A DNA stretch of 64,000 nucleotides from a virus: positions 32,001-96,000 of IMG/VR virus record IMGVR_UViG_3300035701_000008. One strand, written 5' to 3'. A model generated the notes under the pieces. It had not been told where the DNA came from, searched no databases, and saw only the letters and a list, made by a program, of their open reading frames with translations. Every line of letters starts with the position of its first letter. The stretch's first letter is position 1. Both the position numbers and the translations under genes were made by a program. Of this stretch, positions 53,473 through 63,463 are shown piece by piece.

Positions 53473-54024
53473 ATGATAATTGTAAATAAACTTTACAGAA
53501 AAAATTTCAATCAATACAATGTAGAAGATTGGAAGTATATATTCTCAATATATGCATTAAGAGATAGATACAACTTTACAGAAGAAGAATTTTTAGCTGC
53601 TGAATTAATAGATAAAGTTGAGATGATGAAAAAAATGGATGATAATCTTTTTGTAAAAGGAACCATCGATATTGATTCACTACATAAAAACGAATCAGTG
53701 TTTGCACCATGTCCAGAAGATGAAGGATGTAAAGTGATTCAAGATTTTTTAGAGGATGAAGATGTAAAAGATAAAAATCCATCTAAATATGAGATACCAG
53801 CATGTGATCCAGAAAATAGTTGTGATGTAATACAAGATTTTTTAGAAGAAGATGGTATAGATAAATTTGCTATATTTCGTAATATTCAAAGTGACTACTA
53901 TAGTGAGATTTATCAATGCCAAAATAGAATAGAAGAATGTAAAAAGAAAATCAGAGCAGAGATACAAGATATACAAGTGTATAGACAAAAATTGGATGAA
54001 GCATTTAACCAATATATAGAATAA
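53473..54024 (+). CDS. Hypothetical protein with internal tandem repeat
   Basis: C-x5-C-xVIQDFLE occurs twice. Confidence 0.7.
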   Translation: MIIVNKLYRKNFNQYNVEDWKYIFSIYALRDRYNFTEEEFLAAELIDKVEMMKKMDDNLFVKGTIDIDSLHKNESVFAPCPEDEGCKVIQDFLEDEDVKDKNPSKYEIPACDPENSCDVIQDFLEEDGIDKFAIFRNIQSDYYSEIYQCQNRIEECKKKIRAEIQDIQVYRQKLDEAFNQYIE

Positions 54025-54356
54025 TGGCAATAAAGAAAACTACATACATAAATACAGAACTTGATTGGGCTGAAGAACAATTATCAAGCTGGAAGCAATA
54101 CGTTGATGCTAATCCCTTACATACATTAGAGGATAGAATCAAATGGAAGGAAACTAAAGCTGGTGGTGCTATGCCTATGGTGATAGCAAGCATTGAAGCT
54201 CAGGGTAAGTTTGTACAAGAGACAATGAAAAACTATCTAGCTCTCCTTGAACAAGTGGAAAAGCTTAGAGAGAAAGAAGAAGCAAAGGTGGTTCCTGTTA
54301 GAGGTGGTGCTGAGCTTGGATCTATGGCAGAAGATTTTTTAAAAGGTAGAAGATGA
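54024..54356 (+). CDS. Possible terminase small subunit
   Basis: Helical protein ending VRGG, ATGA-coupled to terL. Confidence 0.45.
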   Translation: MAIKKTTYINTELDWAEEQLSSWKQYVDANPLHTLEDRIKWKETKAGGAMPMVIASIEAQGKFVQETMKNYLALLEQVEKLREKEEAKVVPVRGGAELGSMAEDFLKGRR

Positions 54357-56380
54357 TAGATGGTTTACAAAGTATTGACTACAAAGACTGGTTCATTAAC
54401 CAAAAGAGAGTTCCACAAAAAGATTCAGAGGAATATAGGGAGTTCTATGCTTTTCATAAACAACTATGTATTGATGGCTGTACAATGGGAGGAGTTTATA
54501 TCAATCCTTTTCTATATTGGCATTTAAACTTCTGGAATACAGAGGTGGATACAATAGATGAGAGAGGAAGGATTAATCAGAAATATGCTAATCCATATCT
54601 ACGTGATAACGAATGGATTATAACAAACGAAATAGATAGAGCACATATAGAAAAGAAAGGCCTAGTTATACTAGGCATTAGACGTTTAGCTAAGTCAGTA
54701 ATTGAGAGCTCTTACATAGGTCATGGGGCAACGTTTGATGAAAACTCCCAGAACATTATTGCAGGATTGAATGCTCCCGATATAAAGCTTATTACAGATA
54801 AGATTGACAAAGGATTAAACTTCTTACCTGAAGCCTGGAGATGGCAGAGGGTAGAAGACAATTGGAAAAACCAAGTTACATTAGGGATCAAGACAAAAGC
54901 AGGAGAGAGAATCCCCTTTTCTCAGATCCTTATTCGTAACTTAGATGGTGGTAACAATGAAGAAGCTATTGCAGGTACAAAACCTAGAAGGCTTATCATT
55001 GATGAGATAGGTAAGGGTAATTTTCTCAGAGGATTACAAGCTGCAACACCAGGTTTCACCACACCATTTGGATGGGGATGTAGCCCTATACTTACAGGTA
55101 CAGGTGGAGATATGCAGAACTTCATGGATGCAAAAAGCTTAATGTTTGATGTACAGAATTTTAACTTCCTAGAATACAATAGTGTAAAGGATGATCAAAG
55201 AATCCATGGACTATTCATCTCCCATAAATATAGAATGGAAGCTAAAGAAGAATCTTCATTAGGAGCTTTTTTAGAACAACCAGCAGAATCAGAACTGCAT
55301 AATGTAAAAATGCTAGTCTCTAATGAAGAGAAAGCAGATAAGATTACAAATGACAATCTTGAAAGATTAAAGAAAGCTGGTGATAGACTAGCTTATTTAA
55401 AAGAGAAAATGTATTATCCACAAGAGGTGGATGATATATTCTTGAATGAAGATACAAACATATTTGATATAGAAGCATCTAAACGTCAGAAGACTAGACT
55501 ATTAGCACAAGAAAGAACAGGTACACCTGTTATTTTATTTGATGATGGTGATGGTGTTAAACATGAGTTTACAGATAAACTTCCTATATCAAACTTCCCA
55601 CTTAAGAATAGTGATAACAAAGATGCTCCTGTAGTGATATATGAGTTTCCAGTTGAAAGTCCTCCATATGGATTATATGTAGCAGGTATTGACCCTTATA
55701 GACAGGGTAAGTCTGCTTATAGTTCGTCTTTAGGATCTGTGTATATATACAAACGTATGCACGCAATATCTGGAGAGAAGTATCAAGATATGTTTGTAGC
55801 TAGTTATTGTGCTAGACCAGACAAGAAAGAAACATGGGAAGAACAAGCTCGCTATCTAATTAAGTATTACAATGCTAGAGCACTATGTGAGAATGATGAA
55901 ATCTCTTTTATTGATTACATGATAGCTAAAGGAGATAGCCACTACCTTGAGAGACAACCAGATTGGTTAAAAGAAATAGTTCCAAACACCACTGTTAGAA
56001 GAGACTTTGGAATACATAGATCTTCTGAGAAAATACGAGACTTCTTACATGGATGTCTTAAGAAATATACAGAAGAAGTTATACATACAGAGAAGGATGA
56101 TAATGGAAACATTAAGTCTGAGATAAAGGGTATGGCTAAGATATTTGATCCTGTTCTACTTGAAGAAATGATTCAGTATAATGAACAGGGTAACTTTGAT
56201 AGAATTATTGCAGCAGAGCTTGCAATAGCTCTAGCAATGAAACTAGATCCCATTATGGGAAAAATAGGGGGAGAGCAAGATGTAAGAATACAATCAATGT
56301 TCAAGAAGAACAAAAAGAATAGACTGTTTACAGAAAGCAGAACAATGTTTAACACACCAAAAAATAAATTGTTTACATAA
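54353..56380 (+). CDS. terL: Terminase large subunit
   Basis: IRRLAKS (Walker A-like), IIDEIG, GTGG, nuclease AGIDPY...NFDR. Confidence 0.9.
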   Translation: MIDGLQSIDYKDWFINQKRVPQKDSEEYREFYAFHKQLCIDGCTMGGVYINPFLYWHLNFWNTEVDTIDERGRINQKYANPYLRDNEWIITNEIDRAHIEKKGLVILGIRRLAKSVIESSYIGHGATFDENSQNIIAGLNAPDIKLITDKIDKGLNFLPEAWRWQRVEDNWKNQVTLGIKTKAGERIPFSQILIRNLDGGNNEEAIAGTKPRRLIIDEIGKGNFLRGLQAATPGFTTPFGWGCSPILTGTGGDMQNFMDAKSLMFDVQNFNFLEYNSVKDDQRIHGLFISHKYRMEAKEESSLGAFLEQPAESELHNVKMLVSNEEKADKITNDNLERLKKAGDRLAYLKEKMYYPQEVDDIFLNEDTNIFDIEASKRQKTRLLAQERTGTPVILFDDGDGVKHEFTDKLPISNFPLKNSDNKDAPVVIYEFPVESPPYGLYVAGIDPYRQGKSAYSSSLGSVYIYKRMHAISGEKYQDMFVASYCARPDKKETWEEQARYLIKYYNARALCENDEISFIDYMIAKGDSHYLERQPDWLKEIVPNTTVRRDFGIHRSSEKIRDFLHGCLKKYTEEVIHTEKDDNGNIKSEIKGMAKIFDPVLLEEMIQYNEQGNFDRIIAAELAIALAMKLDPIMGKIGGEQDVRIQSMFKKNKKNRLFTESRTMFNTPKNKLFT

Positions 56381-58965
56381 TGGCAATAATTAGATATACA
56401 AAAGATGCTACCATCAGGTATGCATATTTAAACATCTTCCCTGATCAATTCAAAACTGAGAAAGAAAAGCAAGATGAGAGTTGGATCAAGAATACAATGG
56501 ATTATTTCTCAAACAAAGCATACGCTGAGTATATAAAGAATAGAGATACATTTGTTCCTAATTATGATCTTATGAAAGGAATCCTTCGTATGGAAGATTT
56601 CTATCAAGAACCAGAGGTGAGAAGCTTTACAGATGTTCTTACATCTGATCTTGAGCTTCCTGCTTATGTAAAAATGTATTCAATTATCACCACTCCTGTA
56701 AATGAGTTAGTTGGAGAAATATCTAAAAGACCTGATACATTTAGAGTGAAAGCTTTTGATGATGATAGTAAATCAGAAGAACTTCAATTTAAAACTGATA
56801 CATTACAACAATATGTAATTAGTCAAGTTAAACAACAGCTTGCTCAAAAAGCAGCAATGGAAGGAGAAGAAATTGATGATGAGCAATTACAACAAATGAC
56901 AATGGAACAGGTTAAAGATGAGCTAGATAGCTATACATCTGTTGCAGAGAAATGGGCTAACCATATTCTTACATGTCAAAAAGCTGAGTTCAATCTTAAA
57001 GAAAAAAGTGAAGATGCATTTAGAGATATGTTAATATCTGCTAGACAGTTCTATCACATATATGAAGACAATAGCAAACTTGGATTTAACATTGAAGTGG
57101 CTAACCCAAAGAACACTTGGTTCCTCACTACACCAGATAGAAAATGGATTTCAGATCCAACAGGTAGAGCACAAGGAGCATATGCTGCTGGTACTGTACA
57201 AGTTATGGAACTTTCAGAAATTATTGAAAGCATACCAGATCTTACAAAAGAAGAGATAGACCACTTACGTAGTTCTTTGCAGGATTATGGATTAATCAAT
57301 GTACGTGAATCAAATCTTGGTAATCCAGATGCTGTTCCAGGACAAGACTCTGTAATGTATGATACATTTGATCCATTAGTTCTTCAGACAAGAATGATCA
57401 TTGAATCAGAAATGAAAGAAAACAATGATGGGCTAAAAGACTTCTTAGGCTTAACTAATAATGTAAGCTCATTTGGATATAAGTATGTAGTGGTAAGAAC
57501 CTATTGGATATCTAAAAGAAAAATAGGTAAGTTAATCTTTATAGATGAGATGGGTAATGAGCAATCAATACTTGTTAGTGATGATTACAAATCAGGAACT
57601 ATACCTACACAACAATCATTAGAATGGGGATGGATTAACGAATGGTATCAAGGAACAAAGATTGGTCCAGACATCTATCATATAAAACCATTCAAGTTAT
57701 TAAATTATTGTCCTATTATAGGAACAACATATGAGGTGAAGAATACAGAAGCAAGAAGCTTAGTAGATCTTATGAAACCTTTTCAAGTGCTATACAATGT
57801 TTGTATGAACCAGCTTTACAAACTACTTGAGAAAGAAGTGGGTAAAGTGCAACTTATGTCATTAAGACATATTCCTATTCCTAAAGATGGAGATGCACAA
57901 GATGCTCTTGATATATGGGAAATGGAAGCACGTAACAGAGGAGTGGTGTTTATTGATGACTCTCCTGAGAACATGAAGAGTCCTAGTTCATTTAATCAAT
58001 TTACAGCTCTTGATCTTACACGTACACAGGAGATACAATCTAGATATACATTAGCTCAACAAGTTAAAGCTGAATGTTGGGAACTTGTAGGTATGTCTAA
58101 ACAACGTATGGGATCTATTTCTGCCTCTGAAAGTGCAACAGGTACTAACACTGCTATGCAACAAAGTTATTCTCAAACAGAGCCTTTATTTGTTGCCCAT
58201 GAATATGTTATGGGACAATTATATCAAGCTATCATAGATGCTGCTTTATATGTAGAATCATCCAAACCACAATCTACATTATCATATATTACATCTGAAG
58301 GACAATCTGCATTTGTACAAGTGAATGGATCAGATCTCAAATTCAGAGATTTAAAAGTGTTCCTTACTAATAGACCAGAAGATACACAGATGTTTAATGA
58401 ACTTAGACAGCTTTCTCAAGCTATTATTCAAAATGGTGGCACACTTTATGATGTAATAGAATTGTATTCTACTAAGTCTCAAAGAGAACTTAAGAAAGTG
58501 TTCAAAGATCTTAGAGACAGACAAATTGCTCAACAAGAACAAGCTCAACAACTTGAACAACAAAAACTTCAACAGCAACAAGAAGCTCAACAAGCACAGT
58601 TACAACAAGCTATTCAAATGAAGCAAGCTGATCAAGCTCACGATGATTACCAAAAAGAACTTGATAGATTGTCTAAAAAAGAAATTGCAATCATTCAAGC
58701 TACAGGATTTGGTAAGGTGGAAAGTGAAGATGTTAATGATAATACCATCCCTGATGTATTAGAAGTTAGTAGACTAGCCAATGACCAAGATAAAGTTACA
58801 AAAGACTATGGCTTAAAGATGGCTGATATTCAATCTAAGAATAAACAAGCTAGTGATAAATTCTCTATAGAAAAAGAAAAATTACAAGTGGCTAGAGAGA
58901 ATATGGCAAACGATCTTGCTGTTGCAAAAGAGAATGCTAAGGGCAGAAATAACAAAAAAGGTTAA
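56380..58965 (+). CDS. Portal protein
   Basis: 861 aa directly after terL, Q-rich C-terminal coiled coil. Confidence 0.85.
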   Translation: MAIIRYTKDATIRYAYLNIFPDQFKTEKEKQDESWIKNTMDYFSNKAYAEYIKNRDTFVPNYDLMKGILRMEDFYQEPEVRSFTDVLTSDLELPAYVKMYSIITTPVNELVGEISKRPDTFRVKAFDDDSKSEELQFKTDTLQQYVISQVKQQLAQKAAMEGEEIDDEQLQQMTMEQVKDELDSYTSVAEKWANHILTCQKAEFNLKEKSEDAFRDMLISARQFYHIYEDNSKLGFNIEVANPKNTWFLTTPDRKWISDPTGRAQGAYAAGTVQVMELSEIIESIPDLTKEEIDHLRSSLQDYGLINVRESNLGNPDAVPGQDSVMYDTFDPLVLQTRMIIESEMKENNDGLKDFLGLTNNVSSFGYKYVVVRTYWISKRKIGKLIFIDEMGNEQSILVSDDYKSGTIPTQQSLEWGWINEWYQGTKIGPDIYHIKPFKLLNYCPIIGTTYEVKNTEARSLVDLMKPFQVLYNVCMNQLYKLLEKEVGKVQLMSLRHIPIPKDGDAQDALDIWEMEARNRGVVFIDDSPENMKSPSSFNQFTALDLTRTQEIQSRYTLAQQVKAECWELVGMSKQRMGSISASESATGTNTAMQQSYSQTEPLFVAHEYVMGQLYQAIIDAALYVESSKPQSTLSYITSEGQSAFVQVNGSDLKFRDLKVFLTNRPEDTQMFNELRQLSQAIIQNGGTLYDVIELYSTKSQRELKKVFKDLRDRQIAQQEQAQQLEQQKLQQQQEAQQAQLQQAIQMKQADQAHDDYQKELDRLSKKEIAIIQATGFGKVESEDVNDNTIPDVLEVSRLANDQDKVTKDYGLKMADIQSKNKQASDKFSIEKEKLQVARENMANDLAVAKENAKGRNNKKG

Positions 58966-58971
58966 AAAACT

Positions 58972-58989
58972 TCTCCTCGAAAGAGGAGA
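58972..58989. other. GAAA-tetraloop hairpin after the portal gene
   Basis: TCTCCTC-GAAA-GAGGAGA. Confidence 0.6.
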
Positions 58990-59107
58990 TAAAAATATTA
59001 ATGCTATATTATCAAGAAAAACAGATCACATTGATACATAAGTCTTTGATATTAGAAACTCTTATTATACTTTTACAGAAATAAACCAAACATAAATACA
59101 ACTACAT

Positions 59108-60358
59108 ATGGCTGATAATTTAGATAACTTTAGTATCCAAGGTACTATGGAAATGGGAATGGGTAATCAAGAATTACTACAAGGGTTATTTGAACCTGAA
59201 ACAGCATCATCTAATCCAGAAGATGTCACTCCAATTATTAAAGATGCTGATGCTCCTGATGCTCCTGCAGCACCAGAAGTAAAAAAAGGTAAGGATATTA
59301 TTCCTCCTAAAAGCGTTGATGGTAAAACAGATGAAGAGAAAGCAGAAGGACAATCTATGATTGCTGATTTCTTAAGTGATGATGATGATGATGAAGATGA
59401 TGACAACACTCCTGCTCCAGCAAAACCTGCAAAAGCTCCAGAAGCTAATGCTGATGATGATGATGAACCACAAGGTACACAATTCACTGCTCTTGCAAAT
59501 GATCTTTATAAATTAGGTGTTTTCACATCTGATGATGAAGATGATCAAGAACCAGTAAACACTGCAGAAGAATTTTTAGAAAGATTTAATGAAGAAAAGA
59601 AAAAAGGTGCTAGTGAGATAGTACAAAACTTCATAGGACAATTTGGAGAAGACTATCAAGAAGCATTTGATGCCATATTTGTAAAAGGAGTTAATCCAAA
59701 AGATTACTTCACTACATATAACCAAGTAGTTGGATTTGCTGAGATGGATCTTGAAGATGAGGATAATCAAGTTAGAGTGATGAAACAAGCTTTGACTAAT
59801 CAAGGATTTGATCCAGAAGATGTAGAGACAGAAATTGAAAGATTAAAGAATTATGGTGATCTTGAAAATGTAGCTGCTAAACATCACAAAGTGTTAGTTA
59901 AAAAAGAAGCTGCTAAGTTGCAAGACTTAGAAGCTAAATCTGAAGCTGATTTAAGACAAAAAGCTCAAGTCAGAAATCAATATATAAATAACGTGCAAAC
60001 CATCTTAAATGATAAGGTGAAAGCAAAAGAGTTTGATGGTATTCCTATCAATCCAAAATTAGCAACAGAACTACAAGACTTCTTATTAGTAGATAAATGG
60101 AAAACTCCTACAGGAGAAACCTTAACTGATTTTGATCGTGCTATTTTGGATCTTAAAAGACCAGAGAATCATGCACAGAAAGTTAAAATAGGACTTCTTT
60201 TAAAGATGTTAGAAAAAGATCCTACATTATCAACTATACAAAGAACAGGCGTTACAAAGAAATCTAACGAACTGTTTGGAGAAGTTGCAAGACAAGTAAC
60301 AAAGGCTAAAACGCCTGGAGCTACAGGTGGTGCTAATTCAAAATCATGGTTCTTATAA
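59108..60358 (+). CDS. Acidic scaffold-like head protein
   Basis: Between portal and MCP, D/E/P-rich N-terminal half. Confidence 0.6.
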   Translation: MADNLDNFSIQGTMEMGMGNQELLQGLFEPETASSNPEDVTPIIKDADAPDAPAAPEVKKGKDIIPPKSVDGKTDEEKAEGQSMIADFLSDDDDDEDDDNTPAPAKPAKAPEANADDDDEPQGTQFTALANDLYKLGVFTSDDEDDQEPVNTAEEFLERFNEEKKKGASEIVQNFIGQFGEDYQEAFDAIFVKGVNPKDYFTTYNQVVGFAEMDLEDEDNQVRVMKQALTNQGFDPEDVETEIERLKNYGDLENVAAKHHKVLVKKEAAKLQDLEAKSEADLRQKAQVRNQYINNVQTILNDKVKAKEFDGIPINPKLATELQDFLLVDKWKTPTGETLTDFDRAILDLKRPENHAQKVKIGLLLKMLEKDPTLSTIQRTGVTKKSNELFGEVARQVTKAKTPGATGGANSKSWFL

Positions 60359-60393
60359 CAAAATAAATAATTAATTAATCAAAACGAATAACA

Positions 60394-61956
60394 ATGGCAA
60401 TTCAAACAATTCCTGGGTTAACTGGTTTTACTTATGCTCGTGTAGCGTCTATGGACAAACGTGCAGTAGGAAAACTAACAGACTCTAACCACTTAGAGAG
60501 TTTTCACTCTACTGAGCCTGCAGACTATGACAAGAAAATCATTTCTTTATATACACAGAGCTCGCTTTACAGTAATGACTTCTTAGACATGATCAACAAA
60601 AGCACACCTTATTACATTGATAATAATAGTGATGCATGGAAATGGCAAATAGCAGTTCCTTACAAATTCCCAAAAATTATTGACATTCCTGCTTCTACAG
60701 AAACTTTAATCAGTCAAAGTAAAACAGGTATTGATGGTCAAGAATTTCAATTAGTATTAGATACTAATGAGTTCTCTAAAAATGCTATCATCTCTGTAGG
60801 TACACGTCAATATGGTCCACGTTTCTATGTGATCAAAGATCCAGTGCCTTGGAACATGGGATTCTTGTATACATTTACATTAGTAACAGACAATCCTAAA
60901 GTAGATTTTGTTAATCCTGTATTCTTGCAATATGGTGTTGAACTAGAATTAGTTGATGCTGCTATTGGTGAATTTGATCAAGACTTATTAGGTCTTCCAA
61001 GATTGGGTGAGCAAATCACAATGTTTGAATCATTAGGTTCTGCATATGGATATGAGCACAAAATCACAGAATGGGCTGATGACAAAATGATGAGAGATGC
61101 TTCAGGTAAACCTCTTGACATTTTAGTGTATGCTCCACAAAGACGTAACCAATTACCACTTACACGTAATGATGTTAAATGGGAACCGTTTATTGAATTC
61201 TGGATGCGTAAATCTATGATTGAATTGAAAGTTAAACGTATGATCTGGGCTAAACCAGGTACAGTTAAAACTAATGGTTCTAAACAAGAATTGAAACGTA
61301 CATCTGCTGGTGTTTACCACAGAATGAGAAACAATGGTAACTTAGTACAATATAACAGAGGTGAATTCTCTGCTAACTTAATCCGTTCAGTATTTGGAGA
61401 CTTGTTCTACAGAAGAGTGGATGTGAAAGACCGTTCAGTTAAAATGTATACTAATGAAGCTGGATTCGATGTATTCCAACAAGCTTTGAAAACAGATGCA
61501 TTAAATTCAGGTCTTACATTCATGGCTGATTCTGGAAACAGATATTTGCAAGGTGAAGGACAACACATCACTTACAACTTTGCATTTGATGCAATGGTTA
61601 CACGTGAGACTGGTAGAGTTGAATTGATTCACTTGAAAGAATTAGATTTACCACAATCAAACTTAGAGTTTGGACAAAACAAAAAATCTACTCCAGTATT
61701 TATGGTGTTTGATGTTTCTCCAATGTCTGATGGTTCAATGGTAAATAACATTAGAGAAGTGAGAATGAAAGGTGCTCCTTCTATGACATGGGGATATATT
61801 GATGGTACAAGACACCACTTAGGTTTTGCTAAATCTCAAGGAATGTCTTCTGCTAACAAATTCCCAGGATACGAAATCTGGATGAAAGACAGATGTGATG
61901 TATTTATTGAAGATTTGTCTAGAACTGTGTTGATCGAGGAAATCCCACAATTCTAA
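60394..61956 (+). CDS. Major capsid protein (crAss-type)
   Basis: 520 aa, position after portal and scaffold, strongly biased codons. Confidence 0.85.
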   Translation: MAIQTIPGLTGFTYARVASMDKRAVGKLTDSNHLESFHSTEPADYDKKIISLYTQSSLYSNDFLDMINKSTPYYIDNNSDAWKWQIAVPYKFPKIIDIPASTETLISQSKTGIDGQEFQLVLDTNEFSKNAIISVGTRQYGPRFYVIKDPVPWNMGFLYTFTLVTDNPKVDFVNPVFLQYGVELELVDAAIGEFDQDLLGLPRLGEQITMFESLGSAYGYEHKITEWADDKMMRDASGKPLDILVYAPQRRNQLPLTRNDVKWEPFIEFWMRKSMIELKVKRMIWAKPGTVKTNGSKQELKRTSAGVYHRMRNNGNLVQYNRGEFSANLIRSVFGDLFYRRVDVKDRSVKMYTNEAGFDVFQQALKTDALNSGLTFMADSGNRYLQGEGQHITYNFAFDAMVTRETGRVELIHLKELDLPQSNLEFGQNKKSTPVFMVFDVSPMSDGSMVNNIREVRMKGAPSMTWGYIDGTRHHLGFAKSQGMSSANKFPGYEIWMKDRCDVFIEDLSRTVLIEEIPQF

Positions 61957-61968
61957 TAATAAAATTCC

Positions 61969-62015
61969 GAGAAGATTCCCCTCACCTCCTCTCCCTCCTA
62001 GAGGGGATGATTCTC
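61969..62015 (+). ncRNA. Hairpin with anti-SD-like CU loop
   Basis: TCCCCTC/GAGGGGA stem, loop ACCTCCTCTCCCTCCTA. Confidence 0.45.
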
Positions 62016-62040
62016 AAACACTAGACTTCATGTCTGTGTA

Positions 62041-62097
62041 TAGAGTGTTGAAATGGATAGTATCCAGGTTCAGGTTCCTTCGGTGGGACCACTCTAC
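62041..62097 (+). ncRNA. Truncated tRNA-like element
   Basis: 7-bp TAGAGTG/CACTCTA stem, T-arm-like GTTCC-TTCGGT-GGGAC, one middle arm. Confidence 0.45.
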
Positions 62098-62101
62098 AAA
62101 T

Positions 62102-62175
62102 CGTGTGGTAGAGCAGTTGGTTAGCTTGCAAGACTCATAATCTTGAGGTCGTTGGTTCGAGTCCAACCCACGCAA
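62102..62175 (+). tRNA. tRNA-Met(CAT), initiator-like acceptor stem
   Basis: Cloverleaf with CAAGA-CTCATAA-TCTTG anticodon arm and GTTGG-TTCGAGT-CCAAC T-arm. C1:A72 mismatch, CCA not encoded. Confidence 0.92.
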
Positions 62176-62209
62176 CAAATTAAACCAAATTATTAAATTT
62201 AACTACATT

Positions 62210-63181
62210 ATGGGTAAAACAGGCAAAATTTCTACTATTAAGAGAGACTATTCAGAAAATTCTCAACAACAAACAATGGATAGTGGACTATCACAAAAAG
62301 GAATGACAAGAATCCCTGGAACAGGTGTATTCAAATATCCTTATAAAGAATTGGATGGAAAGTACAGAACAGGCTTAGATGAGAATGCTACGTACATTAA
62401 AAGAATCCAAGATCCTTTAGAAAAAGAATTAGAGATTGAAAGAGTAAAAAATCTTAGAGCAAAACTTGAGAATGAAATAGGAGATATTGATTTAGGACCT
62501 CGTTCTAATTTTTGGAACTATGGACTATCAACTTCTACAGATGATCAAACACACGTTCAATCAGTTAAACTATTAGATGGTGATAACTATTTTGATCTAT
62601 CAAATGCTTTTCAAGAAATAGCTTTTTCATGGTTGAGAGTACATCCAACTATTGCTAGTTCATATCAAGCATGGGAAAGAGGTGAATTTCCAGCAGATAC
62701 ACAATTCTATGTTGTAGATGATGAGATAGAAAATGCTGTAATCTACAAGAAAAAACAATTGATTAACAAAGCTATTGTTAAGTTTGATTCTATGTCTCCT
62801 GAGAAGAAGAAAAAAGTTGCAAGACTTTTAGGTCTTCCAGTAACAGAAGAAACAAAAGAAGAAGTGGTTTACAACTTAGTAGATAATGTATTGAAACAAA
62901 CAGAATTCAAGAATGGTAAATATTCAGGATTGAGTCCAGTTGAAGTGTTCAATAGATTTGCAGATATGAAAGAAGCTTTACTCCATATAAAAGATTTAGT
63001 AAAACAAGCTGTAGCACATTCAGTATATAGAATCAAACCAAACGGTAAGGTTTATGAAGGTGAGTTTGAAATAGCTAAAGATGAAGATGATTTAATTAAA
63101 TTCCTTGCTGATGATGATAACCAAGATGAGTTATTAGTATTAGAAGGAAAATTAAAAACTAAAAAACTAGCTGCTATTTAG
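62210..63181 (+). CDS. Conserved structural-region protein downstream of MCP
   Basis: 323 aa, position after the capsid gene. Confidence 0.7.
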   Translation: MGKTGKISTIKRDYSENSQQQTMDSGLSQKGMTRIPGTGVFKYPYKELDGKYRTGLDENATYIKRIQDPLEKELEIERVKNLRAKLENEIGDIDLGPRSNFWNYGLSTSTDDQTHVQSVKLLDGDNYFDLSNAFQEIAFSWLRVHPTIASSYQAWERGEFPADTQFYVVDDEIENAVIYKKKQLINKAIVKFDSMSPEKKKKVARLLGLPVTEETKEEVVYNLVDNVLKQTEFKNGKYSGLSPVEVFNRFADMKEALLHIKDLVKQAVAHSVYRIKPNGKVYEGEFEIAKDEDDLIKFLADDDNQDELLVLEGKLKTKKLAAI

Positions 63182-63192
63182 TAGCTAGTTTT
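63163..63192 (+). terminator. Intrinsic terminator
   Basis: AAAACTAGCTGCTA..TAGTAGCTAGTTTT. Confidence 0.75.
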
Positions 63193-63208
63193 AAAAATAT
63201 AAAAGCAT

Positions 63209-63457
63209 ATGATAACGTATGTAGTTATTAATTCAGGAAATAAAGTAAGAAAATGTTTCTTAGATGATAAAAAAGTAAATATAAAAAATGTAACACCAGT
63301 GGCTACATTAAATGAAAAAACTAATAAAATTATCTGGCTTGATGAAACATTTAAGAATAAAGAAATTAATACTCCTGTAATTGCTATTAATTTCAATAAA
63401 AAACTAACAATAGATGACCCAAAAGGTATTTTTTGTATAGGGCATTTAAATAAATAA
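63209..63457 (+). CDS. Hypothetical inserted gene
   Basis: 82 aa, very AT-rich, flanked by a duplicated start region. Confidence 0.55.
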   Translation: MITYVVINSGNKVRKCFLDDKKVNIKNVTPVATLNEKTNKIIWLDETFKNKEINTPVIAINFNKKLTIDDPKGIFCIGHLNK

Positions 63458-63463
63458 AAACAT

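Noticed and set aside
1771-59803. Many antisense ORFs in the track (e.g. 1771..2070, 3038..3580, 11290..11814, 34252..34689, 59167..59487)
   Set aside because: They lie opposite well-supported genes and have shadow-like composition.
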